Source: Macrostomum lignano (lineage: Eukaryota). Taken from it: DNA of 64,000 nucleotides. Where the stretch lies: positions 62,001 through 126,000 of the forward strand of contig NIVC01002396.1 of assembly GCA_002269645.1 (NCBI GenBank). Reading direction: 5' to 3'. Below are positions 24,923-34,504 of this stretch, piece by piece. The notes under the pieces were generated by a model that saw nothing but the letters and a program-made list of their open reading frames with translations, was not told where the DNA came from and made no database searches. Position 1 is the first letter of the stretch. Every line of letters starts with the position of its first letter. The position numbers and the translations under genes were made by a program.

Positions 24923-25083
24923 CTCTGCATCTGATTGGTGTGGCTAAATATTAGAAGCAACAGCCGAACATGCAGCTTCACTTGTTGCTATCCTCACAAG
25001 TCTCTTCTTGCTTATACATGTAATCTCCCCATTTTCAATGTCTGGTATGCATCTGCCCTCCCACTGGTTTAGAGGGCTGGCGC

Positions 25084-25097
25084 GTTGTCATGACAAC
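25084..25097. promoter_or_regulatory. RFX X-box candidate upstream of LRR gene
   Basis: Perfect palindrome GTTGTCATGACAAC fits the X-box consensus RTHNYYWTRRNRAC, ~160 bp 5' of the predicted ATG (24922). Confidence 0.55.
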
Positions 25098-25599
25098 CGA
25101 GGCAGTCTCTGCAGTCTCAGCAGGTTGCTGTTATTGCATTTTCACGGAGGGAGGCCCCCCTTCCGAGGTTGCTGGCCGCGCGCTCTCTCCTAGCCCAAGC
25201 CAACAGCCAAATTGCTCCCGTGGTATTATAGAAAACTTTTATTATACAGCGCGTCTCAGCTCTTTCTTCCTTTCTCCCTGCCTGTCTGTCAAGTGTTTAG
25301 CTTAGCGACTGTTTGAGCGGGCCCAGCAAGCGATGAAAAGCATTCATTTCCTTTGCCTAGAAGCAATCGATATATTGTACAACAGACGCCCTGCTCCGCC
25401 TCAAACAGATGGGAGAAATTCCCCTCTGCCCCTTTAGTTTGTGTTGGGGATAAAAACTACAGCGCAAAAAGAAAAAAATACGTTCCTTAGTTTTTGTGAA
25501 AGAAGGTCCTTGGTTCAAATCTCAACTAAGACGGCTGTTCTGGAGCTGCCACTGTCTCGTGGTATTTCTTAAACTTTTCGTTTGCAATAGCTACATGTA

Positions 25600-26945
25600 C
25601 GAGGTGTATTCAAAAAGTTCTTTTCGGTACCCTACAAAACTGAACACAAAACAACTGGAACTATGAAAACACTGTTAGATTGCTTAACATGATTCGGTCA
25701 CTCAACATATTCACCGCCAATGTCTTTGCACTTCTGCCAGCGATTTACCAGGCCTCTGATTCCGGAACTCACACCACTCGCGTCCGTTTGGCGAACAGCT
25801 TGATTGCATGCAGCCTCGATGTGCTCGACGCTGTCGAATCGAATGCCCCGAAGGTGCTTCTTCACAGATGGAAATAAGAAGAAGTCGCACGGCGACAAAT
25901 CAGGCGAATAGGCTGGATGTTGGAGCACTTCCCATCCCCATTTGCTCAGGAGTTCCACGACGTTGTGCTTGCGATGTGCTGGCGCATTGTCGTGCAGCAG
26001 GATCACGCCAGATTCCAGCAGATCAGGGCGCTTCTTTCGTATTGCTGGGCGCAGCTTCTCCTTCAGAATTCACTTGTAGTAGTCCCCATTGACGGTGGTT
26101 CCTTGTGGGACTGCCCAGTTCAGCAGGATTCCTTGGGAATCAAAAAACATGACGTGCATGATCTTCATCGCGCCCTGCTTCCTGATGGCCTTCTGAGGTC
26201 TTGGAGAATGTGCTGGAAGCCATTCGGCAGACTGGGCCTTTGTCTCAGGATCCCAGCTGTAAACCCACGTCTCGTCTCCAGCTACAATTCTTGATAGAAA
26301 ATCCTCCCCTTCTCGATGGAACCGACGCAGGTGGCTGCTTGAAGCCACAGTTCGCTGCATCTTTTGCTCACCTGTCAGCAGGTGTGGCACCCACTTGCAA
26401 AACTTTTTCTGCAGGTGAAGACGCTCCGTCAGAATGGTGTGGACGCTTCCTACTGACACACCAACGTCTTCTGCCAACTCTTCGCAAGTCCGTCGCCGAT
26501 CATCATCCAGGAGCTCTTGCACTTTCTTCACAACAGTCTCGTTGGTTGCAGTCATCGGCCTTCCAGAGCGATCATTGTCCTCAACGCTCTCTCTTCCCTC
26601 AGCGAACAGCCGGTACCATTTTCGAACTGTCTGCTCAGTTGGTGCACATTTGCCAAGCACTTGCTGAAGCTCCCTAAACATATCCGGTGGCTTTTTTCCT
26701 TGCAGAAACTGAAACTTCATCAAGCTTCGAACGTCTTGCTTTGAAAATGATTCAGCCATGGCCAAGAAATTGAGTGGTAGATGATAGAAATGTTCGCTGC
26801 TCTAACATAGTTGCAAACTGAGACTTAAAACCCTAGGAACGTTTAGGCCATAGACATAACTTGGTGAAATCGCTAAAATTCTGTTTACAAGGCTTTTTAA
26901 AAATAAATGCCAAAGGACCGAAAAGAACTTTTTGAATACACCTCG
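25600..26945 (-). mobile_element. Mariner (DD34D) DNA transposon, 1346 bp, nested in the 5' LTR
   Basis: Perfect 29-bp TIRs CGAGGTGTATTCAAAAAGTTCTTTTCGGT. TA duplication at 25598-25599 and 26946-26947. Absent from the 3' LTR. Confidence 0.96.
25698..26765 (-). pseudogene. Mariner transposase (355 codons) with a single in-frame TGA
   Basis: HTH region, WVPHLL, DETW, HDNAPAH and YSPDLSPCD (34 residues between the 2nd and 3rd Asp). The two track ORFs are in the same frame, separated only by TGA at 26070-26072 (YYK*ILKEKL). Confidence 0.92.
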
Positions 26946-27190
26946 TACGTTCAATGAGGCTAACATATTTTTTTTGCTCATACGTACAGTCCCTAATTAT
27001 TGATCGCACCACTTTCATTCTTCACTGATCGCCCCACCCCACATTACGCTCACGTGTATTGTACGCTTTCACTCAGCTCATTAAATATATCGACCCAGAG
27101 CATCTCGCTCAAGAGCCTTTTTCGTTTTTCATCGTTTCAGTAGCGCAGCATATAGTTTGTCTTTCATCTCGAGTTATTCTAGCAACCATT

Positions 27191-27208
27191 TGGTAGCAGA
27201 GCGTGGTT
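27191..27208 (+). other. Primer binding site, initiator tRNA-Met
   Basis: TGGTAGCAGAGCGTGGTT, 2 nt after the LTR, complementary to the ...GCTCTGCTACCA 3' end typical of invertebrate tRNA-iMet. Confidence 0.85.
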
Positions 27209-27252
27209 ACTCAAGCCACAGTACATCGTGCCCAATAGTCTGTTAGATCAGT

Positions 27253-30200
27253 ATGAGCGACGACGAAAAACAGAAGCAAGCGCCAGAGCCCGACGTTGCT
27301 TCGCTGAATGCTCTGAGGCGACAAAAGACCAAGTTCAAGTCTGCGCTGACCAAGAATCGAAATAAACTGGCCTGGCTATTACAAGACGGTTCTGACAAGA
27401 GCGAAATTCAGCACCAATGCGAAGCCGTAACCGAGATCTTCGAGGGAACAATCGAGGCGCTGTATGAGTTGAGCGACGAGTTGCAACGAAACAACAGCGA
27501 CGCAGTACAGCACTCTCGGCTGCTCGATGAAATAGAAACCGTCGAGGAGGACTACCGCGTCAGCATGCGAGAGGTCCAGCGTTTCCTAGCAACTCAGCAG
27601 TCACCATCTGCAGCGGCACAAGTTCCTCAGGAGACAGCGGCAGCGTCGGCAGCAGAGCCGGCGGCAGAGTCGGCGGCAGCGACAGCCCAATCGCTGGGTG
27701 CAGTCAATCTAGATCGGCAAATCGGATTTAGTGTTGCAGAGCCGGACTTCATGCGAGGACAGAGACAGCAGAGGCCCTACAGAGACCTTGGTGAGTTTGG
27801 CTACCTGCCTTCTTCAAATCAGCATGCGGGTTTCGAGATGAGAGCGGATGATCGAACAAGCTCTTCTGAATCAGTAGACGAATGCAGGCTCGGCAACTCT
27901 TCGGAGCAAGAGCTGTCGAAGGATCTCTGGAAGATGTTGCGCAGAGTGGAGATTCCAACATTCTATGGCGACAAGCAACAGTATGAAGCGTGGAAGGCTG
28001 CCTTCATGGCTTGCATCGATAGGGCTCCAGCAACACCAGAGTTCAAACTGCTGCAGTTGCGTCAGTATTTGCGTGGATCAGCGCTGAAGGTAATAGAGCA
28101 CTTGGGTCATTCGGCTGCTGCCTATCAGGCGGCCAAGGAGAGATTGGAGCGTGAGTACGGCGGCAAGCGACGACAGTTGGCGCACTACTTGGAGGAGCTA
28201 GATAGTTTTCCACCCGTGAAGCAGAATAGTGCCGAGGAGCTGAAGAAATTCGCAAACATCCTCGATGTGGCTGTAATTAATTTGGAAGAAGCTGGTAAGA
28301 ACTCCGAACTTAGTGATGGACTGCTTTATGCTAGATTGCAAAAAAAGTTACCAGAGCCGATGGTCGCAGCATTTCGACGATGGATCTTCGAGAAGGCGAA
28401 AGCAGAAGGCGTTAGGACCCTTCGAGAGTGGGTTTTGCGTGAGGCAGAGTTCCGGACTGAGGCAGCAGAAATTGTGTACGGGGTGGCCGCATCGAGTCAG
28501 GAGCAACCAAGAAAGGACAGCAAGCAGAAGGCCTTCCATGTAGCGCAGCTAAGCAAGAGCTCAAGCAAGGGGAGCTACTCCTGTGTAGTCTGCAAGGAGG
28601 CGCACGATCTATGGAAGTGTCCCGCATTCGGGAAACTGTCGTCTGAGAACAGATGGAAGGCTGCTCAGGAAGCCAAAGCCTGTTTCCGCTGTCTTGGCCA
28701 TGGTCACACCGGTATGAACTGCCGACGAGGTCGAAAGTGCGGCGTTGATGGATGCACCAAATCCCACCATCGTCTGCTGCATTCGACAGCAAGGTCGGAA
28801 TCGAAAGAGAAGTCAGAAGTCAAAGCCGGTGCTGAGCAAGAAATGCAGTCGAAGCCGAAAGCTGCAACCGTGACAATGGTCGCTAGAGAAGCCAGTGCGG
28901 TTTCACTTCGAACGGTTCCGGTCATTCTTAAGGCGAATAGGCGAGCGGTGAAGGTCAATGCCTTACTTGATGACGCCAGCACAAAGACCTATTTGAATAC
29001 GGCGATAGCATCCAAGCTTGGCCTGCACGGCAAACAGGAATCAATGCAGGTAAACGTGTTGAACGGACAGGTGGAAACCTTCATAACAGCACCAGTGTCA
29101 TGCACCTTGGAGAGTACTGACAGCCAAATAAGCAAGGAGATTACTGCGCTGACGGTAGATAGAGTGACAGGGAACATGGAAGTAGTAGATTGGCAAGAAT
29201 TGGCGTCGAAATGGTCGCACTTAGCGAACATTCCGTTTCCAAGAATGCAAACGCCAGCGGAGGTTGACTTGCTGATCGGAGTCGATCACCCAGACTTGCA
29301 TGCATCACAGTTGGAAGTGACCGGCGACCCCGGAGATCCGCAAGCGCGGCTGACACCTTTAGGTTGGACTTGTATCGGTAGAGTTGATGGAGCTTCGGAG
29401 CACGCGTTGTTTGCAAACACGTTCTTCAGCCGGGGCGGGTCTGAGAATCTAGCGCCACTGTTACGCCAGTTTTGGGAAGTAGAAGAGGTGAGAAGCATCG
29501 AACCATCTTCATTTACTAATGCAGAGCAGCTCGCTTTGGAAAGAACTCGATCATCGCTAAAGTTCGTCGATGGGCGATACCAAGTTGGCATTCCGTGGAA
29601 ACCGGATGTCACGTTTAAAGATAGCAACTTTGAAATGGCTATCAGGCGGCTTGCAAATACCGAGAAGAGGCTCCGCAAAGATCCGGATCTAGCAAAGCAG
29701 TATCAGGACGTCATCAGTCGCTACGAAAATGTTGGCTACATCAGAAGAGTACTGGAGCATGAGCAACAACCAGCGAACAGGTATCACCTTCCTCATTTCC
29801 CAGTGGTTCGAATGGATAAGGCAACTACCAAGGTGCGCATCGTCTTTGATGCTTCAGCTGGCGGTGAGGAGTCGTTGAATAGCCTTATGCTGGCAGGACC
29901 GAAGCTTCAGAAAGATCTGGTTGATGTGCTCCTGCGCTTCAGGAGGCATCCAGTGGCGGTTGCTTGCGACATTTCTGAAATGTACTTGCAAATCGCGATC
30001 GCACCAGAAGATCGGGCAGCGCACAGCTTTCTGTGGCGGGACATGGATCCGACAAAGATACCACAGACATTCGAGTTCAACCGAGTGGTTTTTGGAGCAA
30101 CGAGCTCACCATTTCTGGCGCAATTCGTGACTCAGGAGCACGCGAAGAAGCTGAAGCAGGAGTTTCCATCGGCCGCAGAAACAGTGCTCCAGTCAACTTA

Positions 30201-32787
30201 CATGGATGACTGCCTGGATTCGAAGAAGACTGATTCAGAGGCTATTCAGTTGTATCAGGAGCTGAGCCAATTGTGGGAGCGAGCTGGTATGCACGCTAGG
30301 AAGTGGATTTCAAACTCGAGAGCATTGCTTGCGTGTGTAGCACCAGAGGATAGAGTCGCGGAGGTGAGCCTGGATGGTCAGCCGTTGCCAGTTTCGAAGA
30401 CGCTTGGAGTAGTCTGGAAAAGTGAGGACGATGAATTCACCTTTGTTGCTGATAGCGAGCTGAGACCAGTCAAGTCAAAGAGAGATCTGCTAAAGAGATT
30501 GGCTTCAGTGTACGATCCTCTCGGACTGATAGCACCTTTCACTGCACAGGCAAAGATACTATTGCAGGAGCTCTGGTGCAGCGGCCTTGATTGGGATGAA
30601 GCGCCGGACGAGGCTCTGCAAAAGAGGATTCAAGCATGGTGTGCTGACCTGACGAAGCTGAACTGCTTTCGAGTTTATCGCTGTCTGCAGTTCTCTTACG
30701 TACCTACGCAGTCTCAGCTTCACTGCTTTGTCGATGCTTCGGAGAAGGCCTACGGAGCAGTGTGTTATCTACGATGCAAGTACACCGACGTCTCGATATC
30801 CGTTCGGCTCATCGCTGCCAAGTCTCGAGTTGCACCCATAGCAACTATGAGCATTCCGAGGCTGGAGCTGATGGCAGCGGTCATTGGGCTGAATCTAGCG
30901 GTCAAGATTGCCAAGGCACTAGAGATGAACATCAAAGATGCGGTATTCTGGTCGGACAGCATGAACGTTCTGTTTTGGATTCGTGGAAGAGGACGCTTCT
31001 TTAAACCATTCGTTGCGAATCGCATCGGAGAAATCCAGCAGGCAACTGATCCGAACCAGTGGAGACACGTGCCAACGGCGTGCAATCCTGCCGATCTGCT
31101 GTCAAGAGGCGCAACGATAACTCAGCTGGCCGAGGATCAGAAATGGAAAAACGGTCCAGAGTTTTTACATCACGACGACTACAAGTGGCCAAGTACCAGG
31201 TTGGAGCGACCAGCAGACCTGGAGACGAAAGGTTCGGCGAAAGATTCAGTCCCGTCCGAAGCGGTCATGTGTGCAACAATGGTCACCAGCGAGCAAAGAA
31301 AGCATCAAGTAGAGCGGCTCGATCCGATCAGGTTCTCCAGCTGGATGAAATTCCTGAGGGTAAATGCCTGGATTAGCAGATTTGCCAACAATTGTCGCTT
31401 CGAACCACAGTACCGAACTCGAGGAGAGCTGCAGGCGTCGGAGCTAGAAGACGCGGAGTTAAGAATCATCAAGGATGTGCAGCAAGATGCATTCAGCACG
31501 GAGCTTTCCGCCTTGAGGAAGAACAAGAGCGTTTCTGAGAGCAGCAAGCTGGCTAGAATGCATCCCAGACTCGATCCTAGCGGCGTTCTTCGCTCAGAGA
31601 GTCGTCTACAGTTGGCCGAAGCATTGCCGGTTAGTATCAGATCACCAATCATCTTGCCAAAGTGCCATCACGTGACAGAATTGATAATCAAGCACCATCA
31701 CGAAAAAGCGTATCACGCGGGCACCAATCAAGTACTTGCTGCAGTGACTGCTCGATTTTGGATCCCAGCTGCCCGAGAGGCCATCCGAGCTTGGGAAGTC
31801 AAGTGTGCTGAGTGCAGGAGAAGAAAGGCACAGCCAGCTTCGCAGTTGATGGCACCACTGCCTCCCAGTCGGCTAGAACCGTTGAGAGCATTTACGAAAG
31901 TATCAATAGATTTCGGAGGTCCATTCCTGACGAAACAGGGTCGGGGACGTGTGCGTCAGAAGCGGTACCTTGCGCTCTTCACTTGTATGGCAACGCGTGC
32001 AGTTCATTTAGAAATGGCGTACGGCCTTGATGCAAGCAGCTTCCTAAACGCGTTGTTTCGCATGATCAATCGCCGAGGTCAAGTTCTGGAAATCTTCTCA
32101 GACAATGGAACTAATTTTGTTGGTGCGGATAGAGAACTAAAGGAGCTGTGCAAGTCGATGGACAAGAACGCATTGCAGTCACGCACATCTCACGTACCGA
32201 TCAAGTGGCACTTTAATCCGCCCGCGGCTCCGCACTTCGGCGGCGTGCATGAGTCAATGATAAAATCAGCAAAGAGAGCGATAAACGCGATCCTGAGATC
32301 GGCAGAAGTCAGCGATGAGCAGCTTGTAACAGCATTTACCGGAGCAGAGTCGCTGCTGAACTCACGGCCTTTGACCTACCAGTCGTCCCATCCTGGTGAC
32401 GATCCGGTCCTGACGCCAGCGCACTTCCTGTACGGGCACGTTGGCGGACAGCTGGCACCGGAGATCTCGGCTGACGAGGTGTTCAACCCAACCAAGCGGT
32501 GGCGCTACGTGCAGCAGCTGGTGCAGTCGTTTTGGCGGCGATGGCTCAGAGAGTGGCTGCCCGGCCTCGGTGCGAGAACCAAATGGCGGCGAGAGCAGCC
32601 CGACCTCAAGCCCGGGGACGTCGTGCTGTATGTCTGTCCGGACAGCCCTCGGGGTCATTGGCCACTGGCTCGAGTCCTGGAGGTGTACCCAGGTCGAGAC
32701 GGCCATGTTCGAGTAGCAAAGGTGCAGCTGGCGGACAAGGTTCTGACGCGGCCAATCAACAGACTGTGCCCATTGATTACTGATTGA
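27253..32787 (+). CDS. BEL/Pao Gag-Pol polyprotein, 1844 aa, uninterrupted
   Basis: Gag with three Cys/His knuckles (CVVCKEAH, CFRCLGHGH, CGVDGCTKSHH), protease (ALLDDAST), RT (YMDD), RNase H (FVDASEKAYG) and integrase (HHCC; IDF, SDNGTNF, GVHES). Domain order PR-RT-RH-IN. Confidence 0.96.
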   Translation: MSDDEKQKQAPEPDVASLNALRRQKTKFKSALTKNRNKLAWLLQDGSDKSEIQHQCEAVTEIFEGTIEALYELSDELQRNNSDAVQHSRLLDEIETVEEDYRVSMREVQRFLATQQSPSAAAQVPQETAAASAAEPAAESAAATAQSLGAVNLDRQIGFSVAEPDFMRGQRQQRPYRDLGEFGYLPSSNQHAGFEMRADDRTSSSESVDECRLGNSSEQELSKDLWKMLRRVEIPTFYGDKQQYEAWKAAFMACIDRAPATPEFKLLQLRQYLRGSALKVIEHLGHSAAAYQAAKERLEREYGGKRRQLAHYLEELDSFPPVKQNSAEELKKFANILDVAVINLEEAGKNSELSDGLLYARLQKKLPEPMVAAFRRWIFEKAKAEGVRTLREWVLREAEFRTEAAEIVYGVAASSQEQPRKDSKQKAFHVAQLSKSSSKGSYSCVVCKEAHDLWKCPAFGKLSSENRWKAAQEAKACFRCLGHGHTGMNCRRGRKCGVDGCTKSHHRLLHSTARSESKEKSEVKAGAEQEMQSKPKAATVTMVAREASAVSLRTVPVILKANRRAVKVNALLDDASTKTYLNTAIASKLGLHGKQESMQVNVLNGQVETFITAPVSCTLESTDSQISKEITALTVDRVTGNMEVVDWQELASKWSHLANIPFPRMQTPAEVDLLIGVDHPDLHASQLEVTGDPGDPQARLTPLGWTCIGRVDGASEHALFANTFFSRGGSENLAPLLRQFWEVEEVRSIEPSSFTNAEQLALERTRSSLKFVDGRYQVGIPWKPDVTFKDSNFEMAIRRLANTEKRLRKDPDLAKQYQDVISRYENVGYIRRVLEHEQQPANRYHLPHFPVVRMDKATTKVRIVFDASAGGEESLNSLMLAGPKLQKDLVDVLLRFRRHPVAVACDISEMYLQIAIAPEDRAAHSFLWRDMDPTKIPQTFEFNRVVFGATSSPFLAQFVTQEHAKKLKQEFPSAAETVLQSTYMDDCLDSKKTDSEAIQLYQELSQLWERAGMHARKWISNSRALLACVAPEDRVAEVSLDGQPLPVSKTLGVVWKSEDDEFTFVADSELRPVKSKRDLLKRLASVYDPLGLIAPFTAQAKILLQELWCSGLDWDEAPDEALQKRIQAWCADLTKLNCFRVYRCLQFSYVPTQSQLHCFVDASEKAYGAVCYLRCKYTDVSISVRLIAAKSRVAPIATMSIPRLELMAAVIGLNLAVKIAKALEMNIKDAVFWSDSMNVLFWIRGRGRFFKPFVANRIGEIQQATDPNQWRHVPTACNPADLLSRGATITQLAEDQKWKNGPEFLHHDDYKWPSTRLERPADLETKGSAKDSVPSEAVMCATMVTSEQRKHQVERLDPIRFSSWMKFLRVNAWISRFANNCRFEPQYRTRGELQASELEDAELRIIKDVQQDAFSTELSALRKNKSVSESSKLARMHPRLDPSGVLRSESRLQLAEALPVSIRSPIILPKCHHVTELIIKHHHEKAYHAGTNQVLAAVTARFWIPAAREAIRAWEVKCAECRRRKAQPASQLMAPLPPSRLEPLRAFTKVSIDFGGPFLTKQGRGRVRQKRYLALFTCMATRAVHLEMAYGLDASSFLNALFRMINRRGQVLEIFSDNGTNFVGADRELKELCKSMDKNALQSRTSHVPIKWHFNPPAAPHFGGVHESMIKSAKRAINAILRSAEVSDEQLVTAFTGAESLLNSRPLTYQSSHPGDDPVLTPAHFLYGHVGGQLAPEISADEVFNPTKRWRYVQQLVQSFWRRWLREWLPGLGARTKWRREQPDLKPGDVVLYVCPDSPRGHWPLARVLEVYPGRDGHVRVAKVQLADKVLTRPINRLCPLITD

Positions 32788-33397
32788 AGGCTGACTATGA
32801 CTCACTGATCGATGGACTGTAACTGTTAATCCCCGTGTCGATTCGTATTTTCGTTTTCGTCATTTTGTCATTATCATTTTTGTCGCTTTCTCGACAGTGT
32901 TTTTGCGGTGTGCGAATGATTACTTAGTTTTTGTTTGTTTGTTTGTCAAATACGTTTATTTCGGTTATGTTTAAATTTTGAGTTTGGTGTTTGCCTTCGT
33001 AATTTGGGTTGTTAATTTTTTGAATCGATTATTATTTATATCGTAATCCAAATTTAACCATGTTGCATCGCGATTTCACGTTGTCCTTTGTCTTGTAATC
33101 ACATCACTCTCTGGTAATGGGTTGATCGTCTTAAAATCTTTTTTCGTGAAATGCTATACAACTGCAGTTTATGTTTCGAACTCAAGCGCGTTTCTTTTCT
33201 TTTTCTACATTTTTCGTTACTGTAACAGAGCCCAGCAAGACAATTTTGTTTAGTCAAGTTTTGTACAAGTACGAAATGCGTAAGTTCTGCATCATAACTT
33301 TTTCTGCATCTTTATCTCATAGGTTTTGCTTCCACTGCCACTCATTTTCAAAATTACATTTTTGCATCATTATTTTGTTTTTGCCATAGACATGTCA

Positions 33398-33409
33398 AGG
33401 TGGGGGGTA
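33398..33409 (+). other. Polypurine tract
   Basis: AAGGTGGGGGGT immediately before the 3' LTR. Confidence 0.75.
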
Positions 33410-33714
33410 TGTTCTGGAGCTGCCACTGTCTCGTGGTATTTCTTAAACTTTTCGTTTGCAATAGCTACATGTACGTTCAATGAGGCTAACATATTTTTTT
33501 TGCTCATACGTACAGTCCCTAATTATTGATCGCACCACTTTCATTCTTCACTGATCGCCCCACCCCACATTACGCTCACGTGTATTGTACGCTTTCACTC
33601 AGCTCATTAAATATATCGACCCAGAGCATCTCGCTCAAGAGCCTTTTTCGTTTTTCATCGTTTCAGTAGCGCAGCATATAGTTTGTCTTTCATCTCGAGT
33701 TATTCTAGCAACCA
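33410..33714 (+). repeat. 3' LTR, 305 bp
   Basis: TGTTCTGGAGC...TAGCAACCA, followed by TSD ACGGC. Confidence 0.95.
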
Positions 33715-33835
33715 ACGGCCAGCATGAAAGGCTCTTGGTTTGGAATCTCACCTTAGACGGGCAGTACGAAAGGTCTTTGGTTCGAATCTCACCTTAGACG
33801 CGCAGTATGAAAGGTTCTTGGTTCGAATCTCACCT
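33715..33835 (+). repeat. ~41-bp tandem repeat with tRNA T-arm/B-box-like core; continues at ~25500-25535 across the LTR insertion
   Basis: Units such as ACGGGCAGTACGAAAGGTCTTTGGTTCGAATCTCACCTTAG: three on the right flank and one partial on the left. Confidence 0.75.
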
Positions 33836-34504
33836 TTAATAGGCGGTATAAAAAACAAAAAAACTATTTAACCTTTTTCAGAAATTACAGTCAAATTTAT
33901 TGGTGCCGAAGCAACCAATTTTGAAAACGCATTTTAAAAAGAGATGGTCTATTATAGAATACGGTAACAAATTCATACGGCAAGTGTTAATTATTAATAA
34001 ATTAAACAGACTTCACAGGCTATAGGTGAAGATGCAGTTCAAAATGTGTGGAAATGAAGCTATTAAAAATGATCAGTTATCTGGATTCGATGTACTGAAT
34101 TAAACAAATCCATATTTCAAAAGAATAACAATAAACGCTAACAATGCTACTGAGAAAAAATTAGTAGCATAATGCGACTATTGATACTATTTTTTCAAAA
34201 AAACTAAAAAGCGCAATATTATCTAGGTAGGCTGTTGAAATGGCTCCGTAAAAAACTCATCCTAATAAACTTAATCGCTAATCAGCATTATTGCCGACAT
34301 TCACACTTGATTTGGAACGTGGGAACGACCAATTGAAGTCGCGAAATTTCAGAAAGCTATGCTCATAAAGGTGGCTATTATAAAAAAACTTGCACAGCTA
34401 GGAAAACGGCTGGAGCAACTATGCTCAGCTTTTACATAGTAAAACGCCTCGTCATCTAATAAGTAGAGGCCATCGCTAATCATTGCCAGCCCTGTTTGAC
34501 CGGA

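Larger units (their letters stand above)
25536..27188 (+). repeat. 5' LTR (305 bp plus 1346-bp mariner plus duplicated TA)
   Basis: 25536-25599 joined to 26948-27188 matches the 3' LTR with no difference seen by eye. Confidence 0.93.
25536..33714 (+). mobile_element. Full-length BEL/Pao LTR retrotransposon
   Basis: TG...CA LTRs at 25536-27188 (interrupted by a mariner) and 33410-33714 (305 bp). 5-bp TSD ACGGC at 25531-25535 and 33715-33719. PBS at 27191, PPT before the 3' LTR, single gag-pol ORF. Confidence 0.96.

Noticed and set aside
28966-28983. Atypical protease motif LDDAS as a sign of an inactive BEL element
   Set aside because: The catalytic Asp is present and motif variation occurs among BEL/Pao proteases; it cannot be called a lesion without an alignment.
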